Source: Eubacterium sp.
GTDB lineage: Bacteria > Bacillota > Clostridia > Lachnospirales > Lachnospiraceae
Assembly: GCA_017459675.1 (NCBI GenBank)
Contig: JAFUCM010000006.1
Location: forward strand, 1-62,856
DNA: 62,856 nucleotides
Direction: 5' to 3'
Shown: positions 39,202 to 48,202 of the stretch, piece by piece
How the letters are laid out: each line of letters starts with the position of its first letter
Numbering within the stretch: the stretch's first letter is position 1
Translations under genes and position numbers: made by a program
The notes under the pieces: model-generated
Database searches by the model: none
Told to the model about the DNA's origin: nothing
What the model saw: the letters and a program-made list of their open reading frames with translations, nothing else

Positions 39202-41124
39202 ATGACACAGGAAATTTTGCAGGCAGTCAGCGGGGAGGTTTACGGCGTATGGTTCCTGATCGGGGCCGCGCTGGTATTCTGGATGCAGGCCGGCTTTGCC
39301 ATGGTCGAGGCCGGATTTACAAGAGCAAAAAACACAGGCAACATTCTGATGAAGAACCTGATGGATTTCTGTATCGGAACGGTTATGTTTATTCTGATCG
39401 GGTTCGGCCTGTTTCTGGGCGAAGATCTGATCGGCATGATCGGAAAGCCGGGGTTTGACATTTTTACAAATTACGCGACCTTCGACTGGTCAAACTTCGT
39501 ATTTAACCTGGTGTTCTGTGCGACCACCGCGACCATCGTATCCGGCGCAGTTGCAGAACGGACGAAATTTTTGTCCTACTGTGCATATTCGGCAGTGATC
39601 TCGGCGATTATTTATCCGGTAGAGGCGCACTGGACCTGGGGCGGGGGATGGCTCGCGCAGATGGGATTCCACGATTTTGCAGGCTCCAACTGTATCCACA
39701 TGGTCGGCGGCGTGTGTGCCCTGATCGGTGCATATATGGTCGGCCCGCGCATCGGAAAATTCTCCAGAAATAAAAACGGGGACATCGTCAAGGTCAATGC
39801 ATTTCCCGGCCACAACCTGCCGCTCGGATGCCTCGGCGTCTTTATTCTGTGGCTCGGCTGGTACGGATTCAACGGTGCGGCAGCTGTTTCGACAGCGGAG
39901 CTGGGCTCCATATTTGTGACAACGACCATCGCACCGTCGGTTGCAACCGTTGTCTGTATGGTATATACATGGATCAGTTTCGGAAAGCCGGATGTATCCA
40001 TGAGCCTCAACGCATCGCTGGCTGGTCTTGTTGCCGTTACCGCGCCATGCGATGTCTGTGATGCATTCGGCGCGATTGTGATTGGCGCAGTTGCGGGATT
40101 CCTGGTGGTCTTCGGCGTCTGGCTGCTGGATCACAAACTCCGGATCGACGACCCGGTCGGTGCCGTTGCAGTTCACTGTATGAACGGGATCTGGGGAACC
40201 ATTGCAGTCGGTCTGTTCGCGACAGAGAGTGCGCCGGCATTTGCGCGCGGCATCGGCGACGGCGTGACATTCGGCGCAAACCAGATTGCGGGCGAAGGAC
40301 TGTTCTACGGCGGCGGCTTCCGTCAGCTCGGTCTGCAGATGATCGGTTTGTTATCAACGATGGCGTGGGCCGCCGTTACCATTACCATTGCATTTGTCGT
40401 TATTAAAGCGATTATGGGTCTCCGTGTTACGGAAGAGGAGGAAATCCTCGGACTCGACCGCACAGAGCATGGCCTTCCGTCTGCTTATGCAGGATTCAAC
40501 ATTGTCGATCTTTCCACCGGTATGGAAATCAATGAAAACACGGCGCTCGGACAGAGTGATTACGATCTGGCAAGCCAGCTGATCCGCGACACGGCGGTGC
40601 AGGTTGTCCGCACAGATACCGTCGGGCAGATGGCGGCAGCAGGTGTCCTGCCTGCGGCTTCAGCCGGACAGAGCACAGCTTCGCTGCCGGGTTCCGGCGG
40701 ATCCGGTCAGCCTGCGGCGGCACAGGCGGCAGTCGTCCCGGCAGAGGCGATTCAGGCCGCGGTGCACACCGGCATGTATAAAGTCTCCATCATCGCAAAC
40801 CACTCGCGGTATGAAATCCTCAGAGAGGCTCTCAATGATCTGGGCGTGACCGGCATGACCGTCACCCAGGTAATGGGATGCGGCATCCAGCACGGTGCCG
40901 GTGAGAAATACCGTGGTGTCGAGCTCGATGCAAACGTCCTGCCGAAGATGAAAGTAGAAGTAATCGTCGGCAACATCCCGGTCGACAAGGTAATCGAGGC
41001 CGCGAAGCGCGCACTCTATACCGGCCATCTCGGCGACGGCAAGATCTTCGTCTATGACGTCCAGCGTGTCATCAAGGTGCGCACGGGTGAGGAGGATCTT
41101 GAGGCGCTGAAGGATGTCGAGTAA
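39202..41124 (+). CDS. amtB: Ammonium transporter fused to a C-terminal PII (GlnK-like) domain
   Basis: MQAGF..VEAG, HDFAG..IH, LWLGWYGFN, DDPVGA.AVH; C-terminal GVTGMTV..VMGCG.Q, YRG, PKMKVE, TG..GDGKIFV, VRTGE. Confidence 0.92.
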   Translation: MTQEILQAVSGEVYGVWFLIGAALVFWMQAGFAMVEAGFTRAKNTGNILMKNLMDFCIGTVMFILIGFGLFLGEDLIGMIGKPGFDIFTNYATFDWSNFVFNLVFCATTATIVSGAVAERTKFLSYCAYSAVISAIIYPVEAHWTWGGGWLAQMGFHDFAGSNCIHMVGGVCALIGAYMVGPRIGKFSRNKNGDIVKVNAFPGHNLPLGCLGVFILWLGWYGFNGAAAVSTAELGSIFVTTTIAPSVATVVCMVYTWISFGKPDVSMSLNASLAGLVAVTAPCDVCDAFGAIVIGAVAGFLVVFGVWLLDHKLRIDDPVGAVAVHCMNGIWGTIAVGLFATESAPAFARGIGDGVTFGANQIAGEGLFYGGGFRQLGLQMIGLLSTMAWAAVTITIAFVVIKAIMGLRVTEEEEILGLDRTEHGLPSAYAGFNIVDLSTGMEINENTALGQSDYDLASQLIRDTAVQVVRTDTVGQMAAAGVLPAASAGQSTASLPGSGGSGQPAAAQAAVVPAEAIQAAVHTGMYKVSIIANHSRYEILREALNDLGVTGMTVTQVMGCGIQHGAGEKYRGVELDANVLPKMKVEVIVGNIPVDKVIEAAKRALYTGHLGDGKIFVYDVQRVIKVRTGEEDLEALKDVE

Positions 41125-41175
41125 ATGATTATAATTTAGAAACATATCAAATAATAATACCAGACCACGCAGATA

Positions 41176-41204
41176 TTTACATCGGACATAAAATGCGCTA
41201 CAAT
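41176..41204 (+). promoter_or_regulatory. sigmaA-type promoter of the carAB...pyrG operon
   Basis: TTTACA-N17-TACAAT. Confidence 0.6.
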
Positions 41205-41234
41205 CGTTGGGAATAGAAAGAGCAGGAACGATTG

Positions 41235-41278
41235 AGGTGGCAAAGGGGTCAGTTTTGATCCTTTTGTCACCTTTTTTT
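41235..41278 (+). promoter_or_regulatory. ANTAR-type hairpin plus terminator (carA leader)
   Basis: TGGC-AAAGGG-GTCA within terminator AGGTGGCAAAGGGGTCA/TGATCCTTTTGTCACCT then TTTTTT. Confidence 0.68.
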
Positions 41279-41296
41279 GCGCAGGAAAGGAAAGCT

Positions 41297-42496
41297 ATGG
41301 AAGCCTATTTAATTCTCGCTGACGGAACGACTTACCGGGGAAGTGCCATCGGCGCTGTGAAGGAGGTTATTTCGGAAGTTGTTTTTAATACATCGATGAC
41401 GGGTTATCAGGAGGTTCTGACGGATCCTTCGTATGCGGGGCAGGCGGTGACGATGACCTATCCGCTGATCGGCAATTATGGGATCTGCCGGGCGGATATG
41501 GAATCGTCCAGGGCGTGGCCGGACGCATTTCTGGTGCGGGAACTGACGCATGTGCCCGGAAACTGGCGCGCGGAGAATACGATCCAGAATTTTCTGAAGC
41601 AGCAGGAAATTCCGGGGATCGCCGGCCTGGATACCCGGGCGCTGACGCGGCATCTGCGCAGCAGCGGCACAATGAACGGCTGCATCACAACAAAATGGTA
41701 TGCCGGAACCGAAAAAGAGAAGCTTCTCGAAAAGATCCGCAGCTATTCTGTCCGCGGCGTGGTAAAGAAAACGACCGCCTCCGGGATCCTGCATCCGGAA
41801 CCGGAGAGCAGCGAAGCAGATGCGGGAGGCAGCGCAACAGATCCGGGAGGCAGCGCAACAGATGCGGGCGGCAGTGCAGTGCGGACGTTTCCGGCTGACA
41901 GTCCGGCGGCGCGGCGCGCGGAGAAGTACCGCGTGGCACTTCTGGATGTCGGCGCAAAGCGGAGCATTCAGCGTGCGCTGATGAAGCTGGGCTGCGAGGT
42001 GACGGTTTATCCGTCTGATACGGCACCGGAACGGATTCTCGCCGACAGACCCGACGGCATCCTGATATCAAACGGGCCCGGAGATCCGAAGGAGGACCCT
42101 GCGCTGATCCGGAATGTACGGGTGCTGGGAGATTCCGGCGTGCCCGTCTTCGCAATCTGTCTCGGCCACCAGCTGATGGCACTGGCAATGGGCGCTGATA
42201 CTTTCCGTCTGAAATACGGCCACCGGGGCGGCAACCATCCGGTGAAGGATCTGCAGACGGGCCGCGTTTACATCACATCGCAGAATCATGGGTATGCCGT
42301 AGATCCTGACAGTATGGATCCGGCAGTCGCCAGAGAGGCCTTCCGGAATGTCAACGACGGGACAAATGAGGGCTGGGTGTATCTTGACCGGCCTGTCATG
42401 ACGGTGCAGTTTCATCCGGAAGCCAGTCCCGGCCCGCGGGATTCAGGAAATCTGTTTCGGAAATTTATAGAAATGATGGAGGAATATCATGCGTGA
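41297..42496 (+). CDS. carA: Carbamoyl-phosphate synthase small subunit
   Basis: EVVFNTSMTGYQE..TDPSY, SNGPGDP, ICLGHQ, TSQNHGYAV, QFHPEA. Confidence 0.93.
   Translation: MEAYLILADGTTYRGSAIGAVKEVISEVVFNTSMTGYQEVLTDPSYAGQAVTMTYPLIGNYGICRADMESSRAWPDAFLVRELTHVPGNWRAENTIQNFLKQQEIPGIAGLDTRALTRHLRSSGTMNGCITTKWYAGTEKEKLLEKIRSYSVRGVVKKTTASGILHPEPESSEADAGGSATDPGGSATDAGGSAVRTFPADSPAARRAEKYRVALLDVGAKRSIQRALMKLGCEVTVYPSDTAPERILADRPDGILISNGPGDPKEDPALIRNVRVLGDSGVPVFAICLGHQLMALAMGADTFRLKYGHRGGNHPVKDLQTGRVYITSQNHGYAVDPDSMDPAVAREAFRNVNDGTNEGWVYLDRPVMTVQFHPEASPGPRDSGNLFRKFIEMMEEYHA
41819..41881 (+). repeat. 3 x 21-bp in-frame tandem repeat in the carA interdomain linker
   Basis: GATGCGGGAGGCAGCGCAACA / GATCCGGGAGGCAGCGCAACA / GATGCGGGCGGCAGTGCAGTG (DAGGSAT). 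Confidence 0.85.
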
Positions 42497-45400
42497 TGCA
42501 GGCATACAGAAGGTTCTGGTGATCGGCTCCGGGCCGATTGTAATCGGGCAGGCGGCGGAATTTGACTATGCCGGGACGCAGGCCTGCCGCGCGCTGCGCG
42601 AGGAAGGCGTGGAGGTGGTTCTGCTGAATTCCAATCCCGCCACGATCATGACGGACGGCGATATTGCAGATCACGTCTATATCGAGCCGCTGACGCCGGA
42701 TGTACTCAAGGCACTGATTTTGAAGGAAAAGCCGGATGCAATTCTGCCGACCCTCGGCGGGCAGGCAGGGCTCAATCTGGCGATGGCGCTGGCGGAAGAG
42801 GGCTTTCTGGAGGCGCATCATGTCCGCCTGGCCGGAACCAGTGCACTGACGATCAAAAAGGCGGAGGACCGTCTCCTGTTTAAGGAGACGATGGAAAAAA
42901 TCGGGGAGCCAGTCGCCGCGTCGGAAATCGTGCACTCCGTGGAGGAGGGACTGCGCGCGGCCGAGGCGATCGGCTATCCGGTAGTCCTGCGGCCGGCCTA
43001 TACGCTGGGCGGCTCCGGCGGCGGCATTGCCGAAACAGCAGAGATGTGCAGGGAAATTCTGGAAAACGGCCTCCGTCTCTCGCGCGTACATGAAGTACTG
43101 GTGGAGCAGTCAATCGCCGGCTGGAAAGAGATTGAATACGAAGTTATGCGGGACGGCGCAGGCAATGTGATTACCGTCTGCAACATGGAAAATCTGGATC
43201 CGGTGGGAATCCATACCGGCGACTCGATTGTCGTCGCACCCTCGCAGACACTTTCGGACAAAGAGTATCAGATGCTGCGGTCATCAGCGCTGTCGATTAT
43301 CACGGAGCTGGAGATTACCGGCGGCTGCAATGTCCAGTTTGCCCTGAATCCTGCGAGCTTCGAATACTGTGTCATTGAGGTAAATCCGCGTGTTTCCCGC
43401 TCATCGGCGCTTGCCTCAAAAGCGACCGGCTATCCGATCGCGCGGGTGGCGGCCAAAATCGCGCTGGGCTATACACTGGATGAGATCAAAAATACCGTGA
43501 CAGGCAAGACGACGGCCTGTTTTGAGCCGGTCATTGACTACTGTGTCGTCAAAATGCCGCGTCTCCCGTTTGACAAATTTACGACAGCGGAGCATCTGCT
43601 GGGTACGCAGATGAAGGCGACCGGTGAGGTGATGGCCATCAGCGGCAGCTTTGAGAGTGCGCTGATGAAAGCAATCCGGTCGCTGGAGCAGCATGTGGAC
43701 AGCCTGCTTTCCTATGACTATACCGCTTTTGATGACCGGGAACTGCGGCAGCTGCTGCTTGCGGCTGATGACAGGCGGATCTGGGCGCTCGCCGAGGCGC
43801 TGCGCCGCGGATACAGCACATCGGATCTGCATGATCTGACCATGATCGATACGTGGTTTATCGGCAAGCTGCAGAATCTTGTGGAAATGGAGTACCGGCT
43901 GCGGACGGAGCCGCTGCTGATCCGGCAGACAGAAGCAGACGGATCCGGGGAGATCCGTATGATCAATCAGCCGCTGCTCGGGGCGGCAAAACAGATGGGC
44001 TTTCCCGATTGTGTCATTGCCCGGCTGACAGGCATCCGGGAGGCGGAAGTTAACGGGATGTGCCGGAAGGCGGGCCTGCAGGCCGCTTTTAAAATGGTTG
44101 ACACCTGTGCGGCAGAATTCGATGCAGAGACCCCTTATTTCTATTCCGTTTACGGACTGGAGGACGAGGCGGCGGATTACATCCGGGAAAAAGAACCGGA
44201 AAAGGGAAATACAGCCCGTAAAAAAGTGCTGGTTCTGGGATCCGGTCCGATCCGGATCGGCCAGGGAATTGAATTTGATTATTGTTCGGTTCACGCCGCC
44301 TGGGCATTCCGGCAGGCCGGCTGGGAGACGGTCATAATCAACAATAATCCGGAGACGGTCTCCACAGATTTTGACATCGCGGACCGGCTGTATTTTGAAC
44401 CGCTGACGCCGGAGGATGTAAGGAATGTTGTGGAGCTGGAACACCCGGACGGCGCGGTGGTGCAGTTCGGCGGACAGACAGCAATCGGGCTGACAGCGGC
44501 GCTGCTGGAAATGGGCGTGCCGGTTCTCGGGACACAGCCTGATGACATCGACGCGGCGGAGGACCGGGAGCGGTTTGATACGATCCTGCAGGAGGCCGGC
44601 ATCCGCCGGCCGCCGGGACGAACCGTATTTACTGCGGCGGCGGCAAAGGAAGCAGCACGGGAACTTGGGTTTCCGGTGCTCGTCCGGCCCTCGTACGTGC
44701 TCGGCGGGCAGGGGATGCGGATCGCCGTCAGCGAAGAGGATATCGATGTATTTATCGGCGAAATCAACCAGATCGAGCAGGAACACCCGATCCTGGTGGA
44801 CCGTTACATCCGGGGAACCGAGCTCGAGGTAGATGCCATCTGTGACGGAACGGACATCCTGATCCCGGGGATTATGGAGCACATTGAGCGGACAGGCATC
44901 CATTCGGGCGATTCGATCTCCGTCTATCCGCCGCGGTCACTCCCGCAGCAGGTAAAAGAAACCATCGTTGCTTATACAGAGAAGCTGGCGGCCGCCCTGC
45001 ATGTGACCGGCATGATCAACATCCAGTTCATTGCCGACGGGGAAGATGTCTATATCATCGAGGTGAATCCGCGGTCTTCCAGAACCGTGCCGTATATCTC
45101 GAAGGTTACGGGCATTCCGGTCATCCCGCTGGCAGCGGGCGTGATCTGCGGGAAAACCATCCGGGAAATGGGATTTCAGCCCGGCCTGCAGCAGGAGGCG
45201 CCGCGCTATGCAGTCAAAATGCCGGTATTTTCATTTGAAAAAATCACAGGTGCGGATATCGCACTCGGACCCGAGATGAAATCAACCGGAGAGTGTCTCG
45301 GTGTCTCCGCAAATTTCCATGAAGCGTTATTTAAGGCGTTTCAGGGTGCGGGATATCATCTACCGCATTACAAAAACATGGTGATGAGCGTGCGGGACGA

Positions 45401-45782
45401 TGAGCAGCAGGAAATGATCCCGATTGCGCGGCGCTTTGCCGGAATGGGGTACCGGATCTTCGCGACGCGCGGCACCTTCCGGGCACTTCAGGAGGGCGGC
45501 GTCCCGTGTCTGCAGGTGCGCAAGGTGGAACAGGAATCTCCGAACATTCTGGACCTGGTGCTCGGGCATGAGCTGGATCTGGTCATCGATATTCCCGAGG
45601 AGGGCGCGGCGGCATCGCGCGACGGCTTCCAGATCCGCCGCTGTGCCGTCGAGACCGGCGTACATGTCATCACGGCGGTTGATACCGCGGCGGCCCTGAT
45701 CACTTCGCTGGAGGATGAGGCGCCGCAGGGCGGACCGGACACGGTGCGGGAACTGACGGATCTGGCGGCGGGCGTCTGCTGA
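42489..45782 (+). CDS. carB: Carbamoyl-phosphate synthase large subunit
   Basis: GSGPIVIGQAAEFDY, IEVNPRVSRSS, GSGPIRIGQGIEFDY, GPEMKSTGE, C-terminal MGS domain. Confidence 0.95.
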   Translation: MRDAGIQKVLVIGSGPIVIGQAAEFDYAGTQACRALREEGVEVVLLNSNPATIMTDGDIADHVYIEPLTPDVLKALILKEKPDAILPTLGGQAGLNLAMALAEEGFLEAHHVRLAGTSALTIKKAEDRLLFKETMEKIGEPVAASEIVHSVEEGLRAAEAIGYPVVLRPAYTLGGSGGGIAETAEMCREILENGLRLSRVHEVLVEQSIAGWKEIEYEVMRDGAGNVITVCNMENLDPVGIHTGDSIVVAPSQTLSDKEYQMLRSSALSIITELEITGGCNVQFALNPASFEYCVIEVNPRVSRSSALASKATGYPIARVAAKIALGYTLDEIKNTVTGKTTACFEPVIDYCVVKMPRLPFDKFTTAEHLLGTQMKATGEVMAISGSFESALMKAIRSLEQHVDSLLSYDYTAFDDRELRQLLLAADDRRIWALAEALRRGYSTSDLHDLTMIDTWFIGKLQNLVEMEYRLRTEPLLIRQTEADGSGEIRMINQPLLGAAKQMGFPDCVIARLTGIREAEVNGMCRKAGLQAAFKMVDTCAAEFDAETPYFYSVYGLEDEAADYIREKEPEKGNTARKKVLVLGSGPIRIGQGIEFDYCSVHAAWAFRQAGWETVIINNNPETVSTDFDIADRLYFEPLTPEDVRNVVELEHPDGAVVQFGGQTAIGLTAALLEMGVPVLGTQPDDIDAAEDRERFDTILQEAGIRRPPGRTVFTAAAAKEAARELGFPVLVRPSYVLGGQGMRIAVSEEDIDVFIGEINQIEQEHPILVDRYIRGTELEVDAICDGTDILIPGIMEHIERTGIHSGDSISVYPPRSLPQQVKETIVAYTEKLAAALHVTGMINIQFIADGEDVYIIEVNPRSSRTVPYISKVTGIPVIPLAAGVICGKTIREMGFQPGLQQEAPRYAVKMPVFSFEKITGADIALGPEMKSTGECLGVSANFHEALFKAFQGAGYHLPHYKNMVMSVRDDEQQEMIPIARRFAGMGYRIFATRGTFRALQEGGVPCLQVRKVEQESPNILDLVLGHELDLVIDIPEEGAAASRDGFQIRRCAVETGVHVITAVDTAAALITSLEDEAPQGGPDTVRELTDLAAGVC

Positions 45783-45850
45783 ATGCAGCTGTATTTATGC
45801 ACGAAAAGCTTTATGCAGCTGCCGGAGAGATGGATAAGGAGGCATTACAC

Positions 45851-46825
45851 ATGCAGAAAAAAAGAATGGTGATCGCACTGGGCCATAAGGATCTCGGCTT
45901 CAATCTGCCGGAGCAGTACCGCGCGGTACAGAAGACCGCGAAGCTGATCGTGGAGTTTGTCAGGAAGGGTTACCAGATTGCAATTGTTTTTTCCAATGCG
46001 CCGCAGGTTGGCATGATTCATACGGCAATGTCAGATCTCGCGCGGCATTATCCGGCGCAGTATACGAAGACACCGCTCGCGGTCTGTTCTGCCATGAGTC
46101 AGGGTCTGATCGGCTACGATCTGCAGAATGCGCTGCAGGCGGAACTGGCGGCGAACGGGATCAGCCGGACGGTGTCCACCATTCTGACGCAGGTGCAGGC
46201 CGACCCTTATGATGAACAGTTTTATGCGCCGTCCAAGAAGGTCGGAAAGCAGATGTCCCGGGAGGAGGCGGAAGCGGAGGAGCAGAATGGAAACCAGACG
46301 GCAGAAATCCGGCCGGGTGTCTTTATGCGTGTGGTTCCGTCGCCTGTTCCGCAGAGCATTATCGAGATCGATGCGATCCGGGCGCTGCTGAACCAGGATC
46401 AGATTGTACTCGCGTGCGGCGGCGGGGGAATTCCTGTGATCCGGCAGGGGACCTGTCTCAGGGGTGCGGCGGCTGTGATTGAAAAAGATCTTGCGGCCGG
46501 CCTGCTCGCGCGGGAAGTGAACGCGGATCTGCTTCTGATTACGACGGCTGTCGAGCAGGTATCCCTGCATTTCGGGAAGCCGGATGCCCGTGCCATCCCG
46601 CAGATGACGGCAGACGAGGCGCGGCAGTACATCGGCGAAGGACATTTTGAGTTCCGGTCCATGCTGCCCAAGGTACAGGCGGCTGTGGATTTTGTAGAGG
46701 CGGGAATCGGAAGACGTGCCATTATTACGACGATGGAACAGGCGGTGCGCGCAGAAGCAGGAGAAGCGGGGACAACGATTGAAGATAGAAAAGGAGAAAA
46801 TCATGGGAAAGTATACGACAGATGA
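45851..46825 (+). CDS. Carbamate kinase-like protein with degenerate active-site motifs
   Basis: Fold motifs PQVG, SQG.IGY, RVVPSP.P, GGGGIPV, VIEKD, SM.PKV.AA are present; canonical ALGGNA/HGNG/GSM read ALGHKD/FSNA/RSM. Confidence 0.8.
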   Translation: MQKKRMVIALGHKDLGFNLPEQYRAVQKTAKLIVEFVRKGYQIAIVFSNAPQVGMIHTAMSDLARHYPAQYTKTPLAVCSAMSQGLIGYDLQNALQAELAANGISRTVSTILTQVQADPYDEQFYAPSKKVGKQMSREEAEAEEQNGNQTAEIRPGVFMRVVPSPVPQSIIEIDAIRALLNQDQIVLACGGGGIPVIRQGTCLRGAAAVIEKDLAAGLLAREVNADLLLITTAVEQVSLHFGKPDARAIPQMTADEARQYIGEGHFEFRSMLPKVQAAVDFVEAGIGRRAIITTMEQAVRAEAGEAGTTIEDRKGENHGKVYDR

Positions 46826-48185
46826 CATCATGCGCATTGTCCGGGAGGAGGATATCAAGTTTATCCGGCTGCAGTTTGTTGATTTTTTCGGCGGCCTGAA
46901 AAACATCGCCATCACAGCGGGGCAGCTTCCGAAGGCATTTGCGGGAAAGTGCTGTATTGACGGATTTCATATTCGCGGGATGGAGGCGCTCGGGCGCAAT
47001 GTGATTCATCTGGAACCGGATCTGGATACGTTTGCGATCCTGCCCTGGCGGCCTTCCCACGGGAGGGTTGCGCGGTTTCTGTGTCGTCTGACTGATGAGA
47101 ACGGGCATCAGCTGCGGGAGAGTTCGCGCTATATTCTGCGCAGTATTATGAAGCGCGCGGCGGATCTGGACTACACATTTGACCTGAATCCGCGCTGTGA
47201 ATTTTTCCTGTTTTTGAATGATGAGAACGGCAGCCCGACGACGCATACCGGGGAGTGTGCCGGGTATCTTGATGTGGCGCCGATGGACCGGGGCGAAAAT
47301 GCCCGCCGGGATGTCATCCTGACGCTGGAGGAAATGGGATTTGAGATTGAGTCTTCATATCATGAAAATTCACCGGGCCAGCATGCGGTGGAGTTCCGTC
47401 ATGCGGAGGGAATCCGTGTGGCGGATCAGATTGTGACGTTCCGGACGACGGTCCGCATGGTGGCAGAGCGGCACGGCATGCATGCGACCTTCATGCCGAA
47501 GCCCCGCACGGATCTGATGGGATCAGCCATGTCGCTGCGCATCACAGCTTCGAAAGGCGGGAAGGATCTGTTTACGGCAGCGGTTCCGGATGAGAGCACG
47601 CAGGAAGCGGCGGCAGGCGGGATGCAGGGGGAGAACGCCTGTGTGAAAACACCGGAAGGACATGATCCCTGCGGGAAGGCGCCGGACTGGTACAGCGCGG
47701 AGGCGGCGCATTTTACAGCCGGTCTGCTGGCGCATCAGCGTGGAATCGCGGCATTCTCCAACCCGGTCATCAACTCCTACAAGCGTCTGAAGGCTTATTT
47801 CCACGCGCCGACCGAACTGTTCTGGTCTGCGTCCGACTATTACGCACCGGTCAGGCTGCTCCGCGATGAGAGCGGCAAGGTGCAGATCGAGTGGAAGCTG
47901 CCGGACGGCGCGGCCAATCCGTATCTGACCATTGCCATGGCCGTGGCGGCCGGGATGGACGGGATTGAGCATGCCAGAGCGCTGCCGGAAGATGGCTTAC
48001 GAACCGGCATTCTGCCGGCGACGCTCCGGGAGTCTGTCCAGGCGTTTGAGGAAGATACATTTCTTCGAAGCGTGTGCACCGATGCCTATGCCCGCATGTA
48101 CATACAGGAAAAAATGAAGGAGTGGGAGCGGTATTCCAGAGAAGTTACGGACTGGGAAATTAATGAATATCTGCGGACAATCTAA
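46803..48185 (+). CDS. Glutamine synthetase type I-like protein, catalytically degenerate
   Basis: FIRLQF.D..G.LKN, PD..TF..LPW, ATFMPKP, NSYKRL, PD..ANPYL, VTDWE...YL are retained; several metal/substrate ligands are substituted. Confidence 0.82.
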   Translation: MGKYTTDDIMRIVREEDIKFIRLQFVDFFGGLKNIAITAGQLPKAFAGKCCIDGFHIRGMEALGRNVIHLEPDLDTFAILPWRPSHGRVARFLCRLTDENGHQLRESSRYILRSIMKRAADLDYTFDLNPRCEFFLFLNDENGSPTTHTGECAGYLDVAPMDRGENARRDVILTLEEMGFEIESSYHENSPGQHAVEFRHAEGIRVADQIVTFRTTVRMVAERHGMHATFMPKPRTDLMGSAMSLRITASKGGKDLFTAAVPDESTQEAAAGGMQGENACVKTPEGHDPCGKAPDWYSAEAAHFTAGLLAHQRGIAAFSNPVINSYKRLKAYFHAPTELFWSASDYYAPVRLLRDESGKVQIEWKLPDGAANPYLTIAMAVAAGMDGIEHARALPEDGLRTGILPATLRESVQAFEEDTFLRSVCTDAYARMYIQEKMKEWERYSREVTDWEINEYLRTI

Positions 48186-48202
48186 AAAAACGGGGGTGTA
48201 AG

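Noticed and set aside
41205-41296. PyrR attenuator or T-box upstream of carA
   Set aside because: No PyrR consensus (AGTCCAGAGAGG-like) or T-box motif is visible; the hairpin matches the ANTAR-like loops instead
46803-48185. Calling the GS-like gene a pseudogene or a normal glnA
   Set aside because: The ORF is full length with an RBS and no frameshift (not a pseudogene), but catalytic residues are missing (not assignable as functional glnA)
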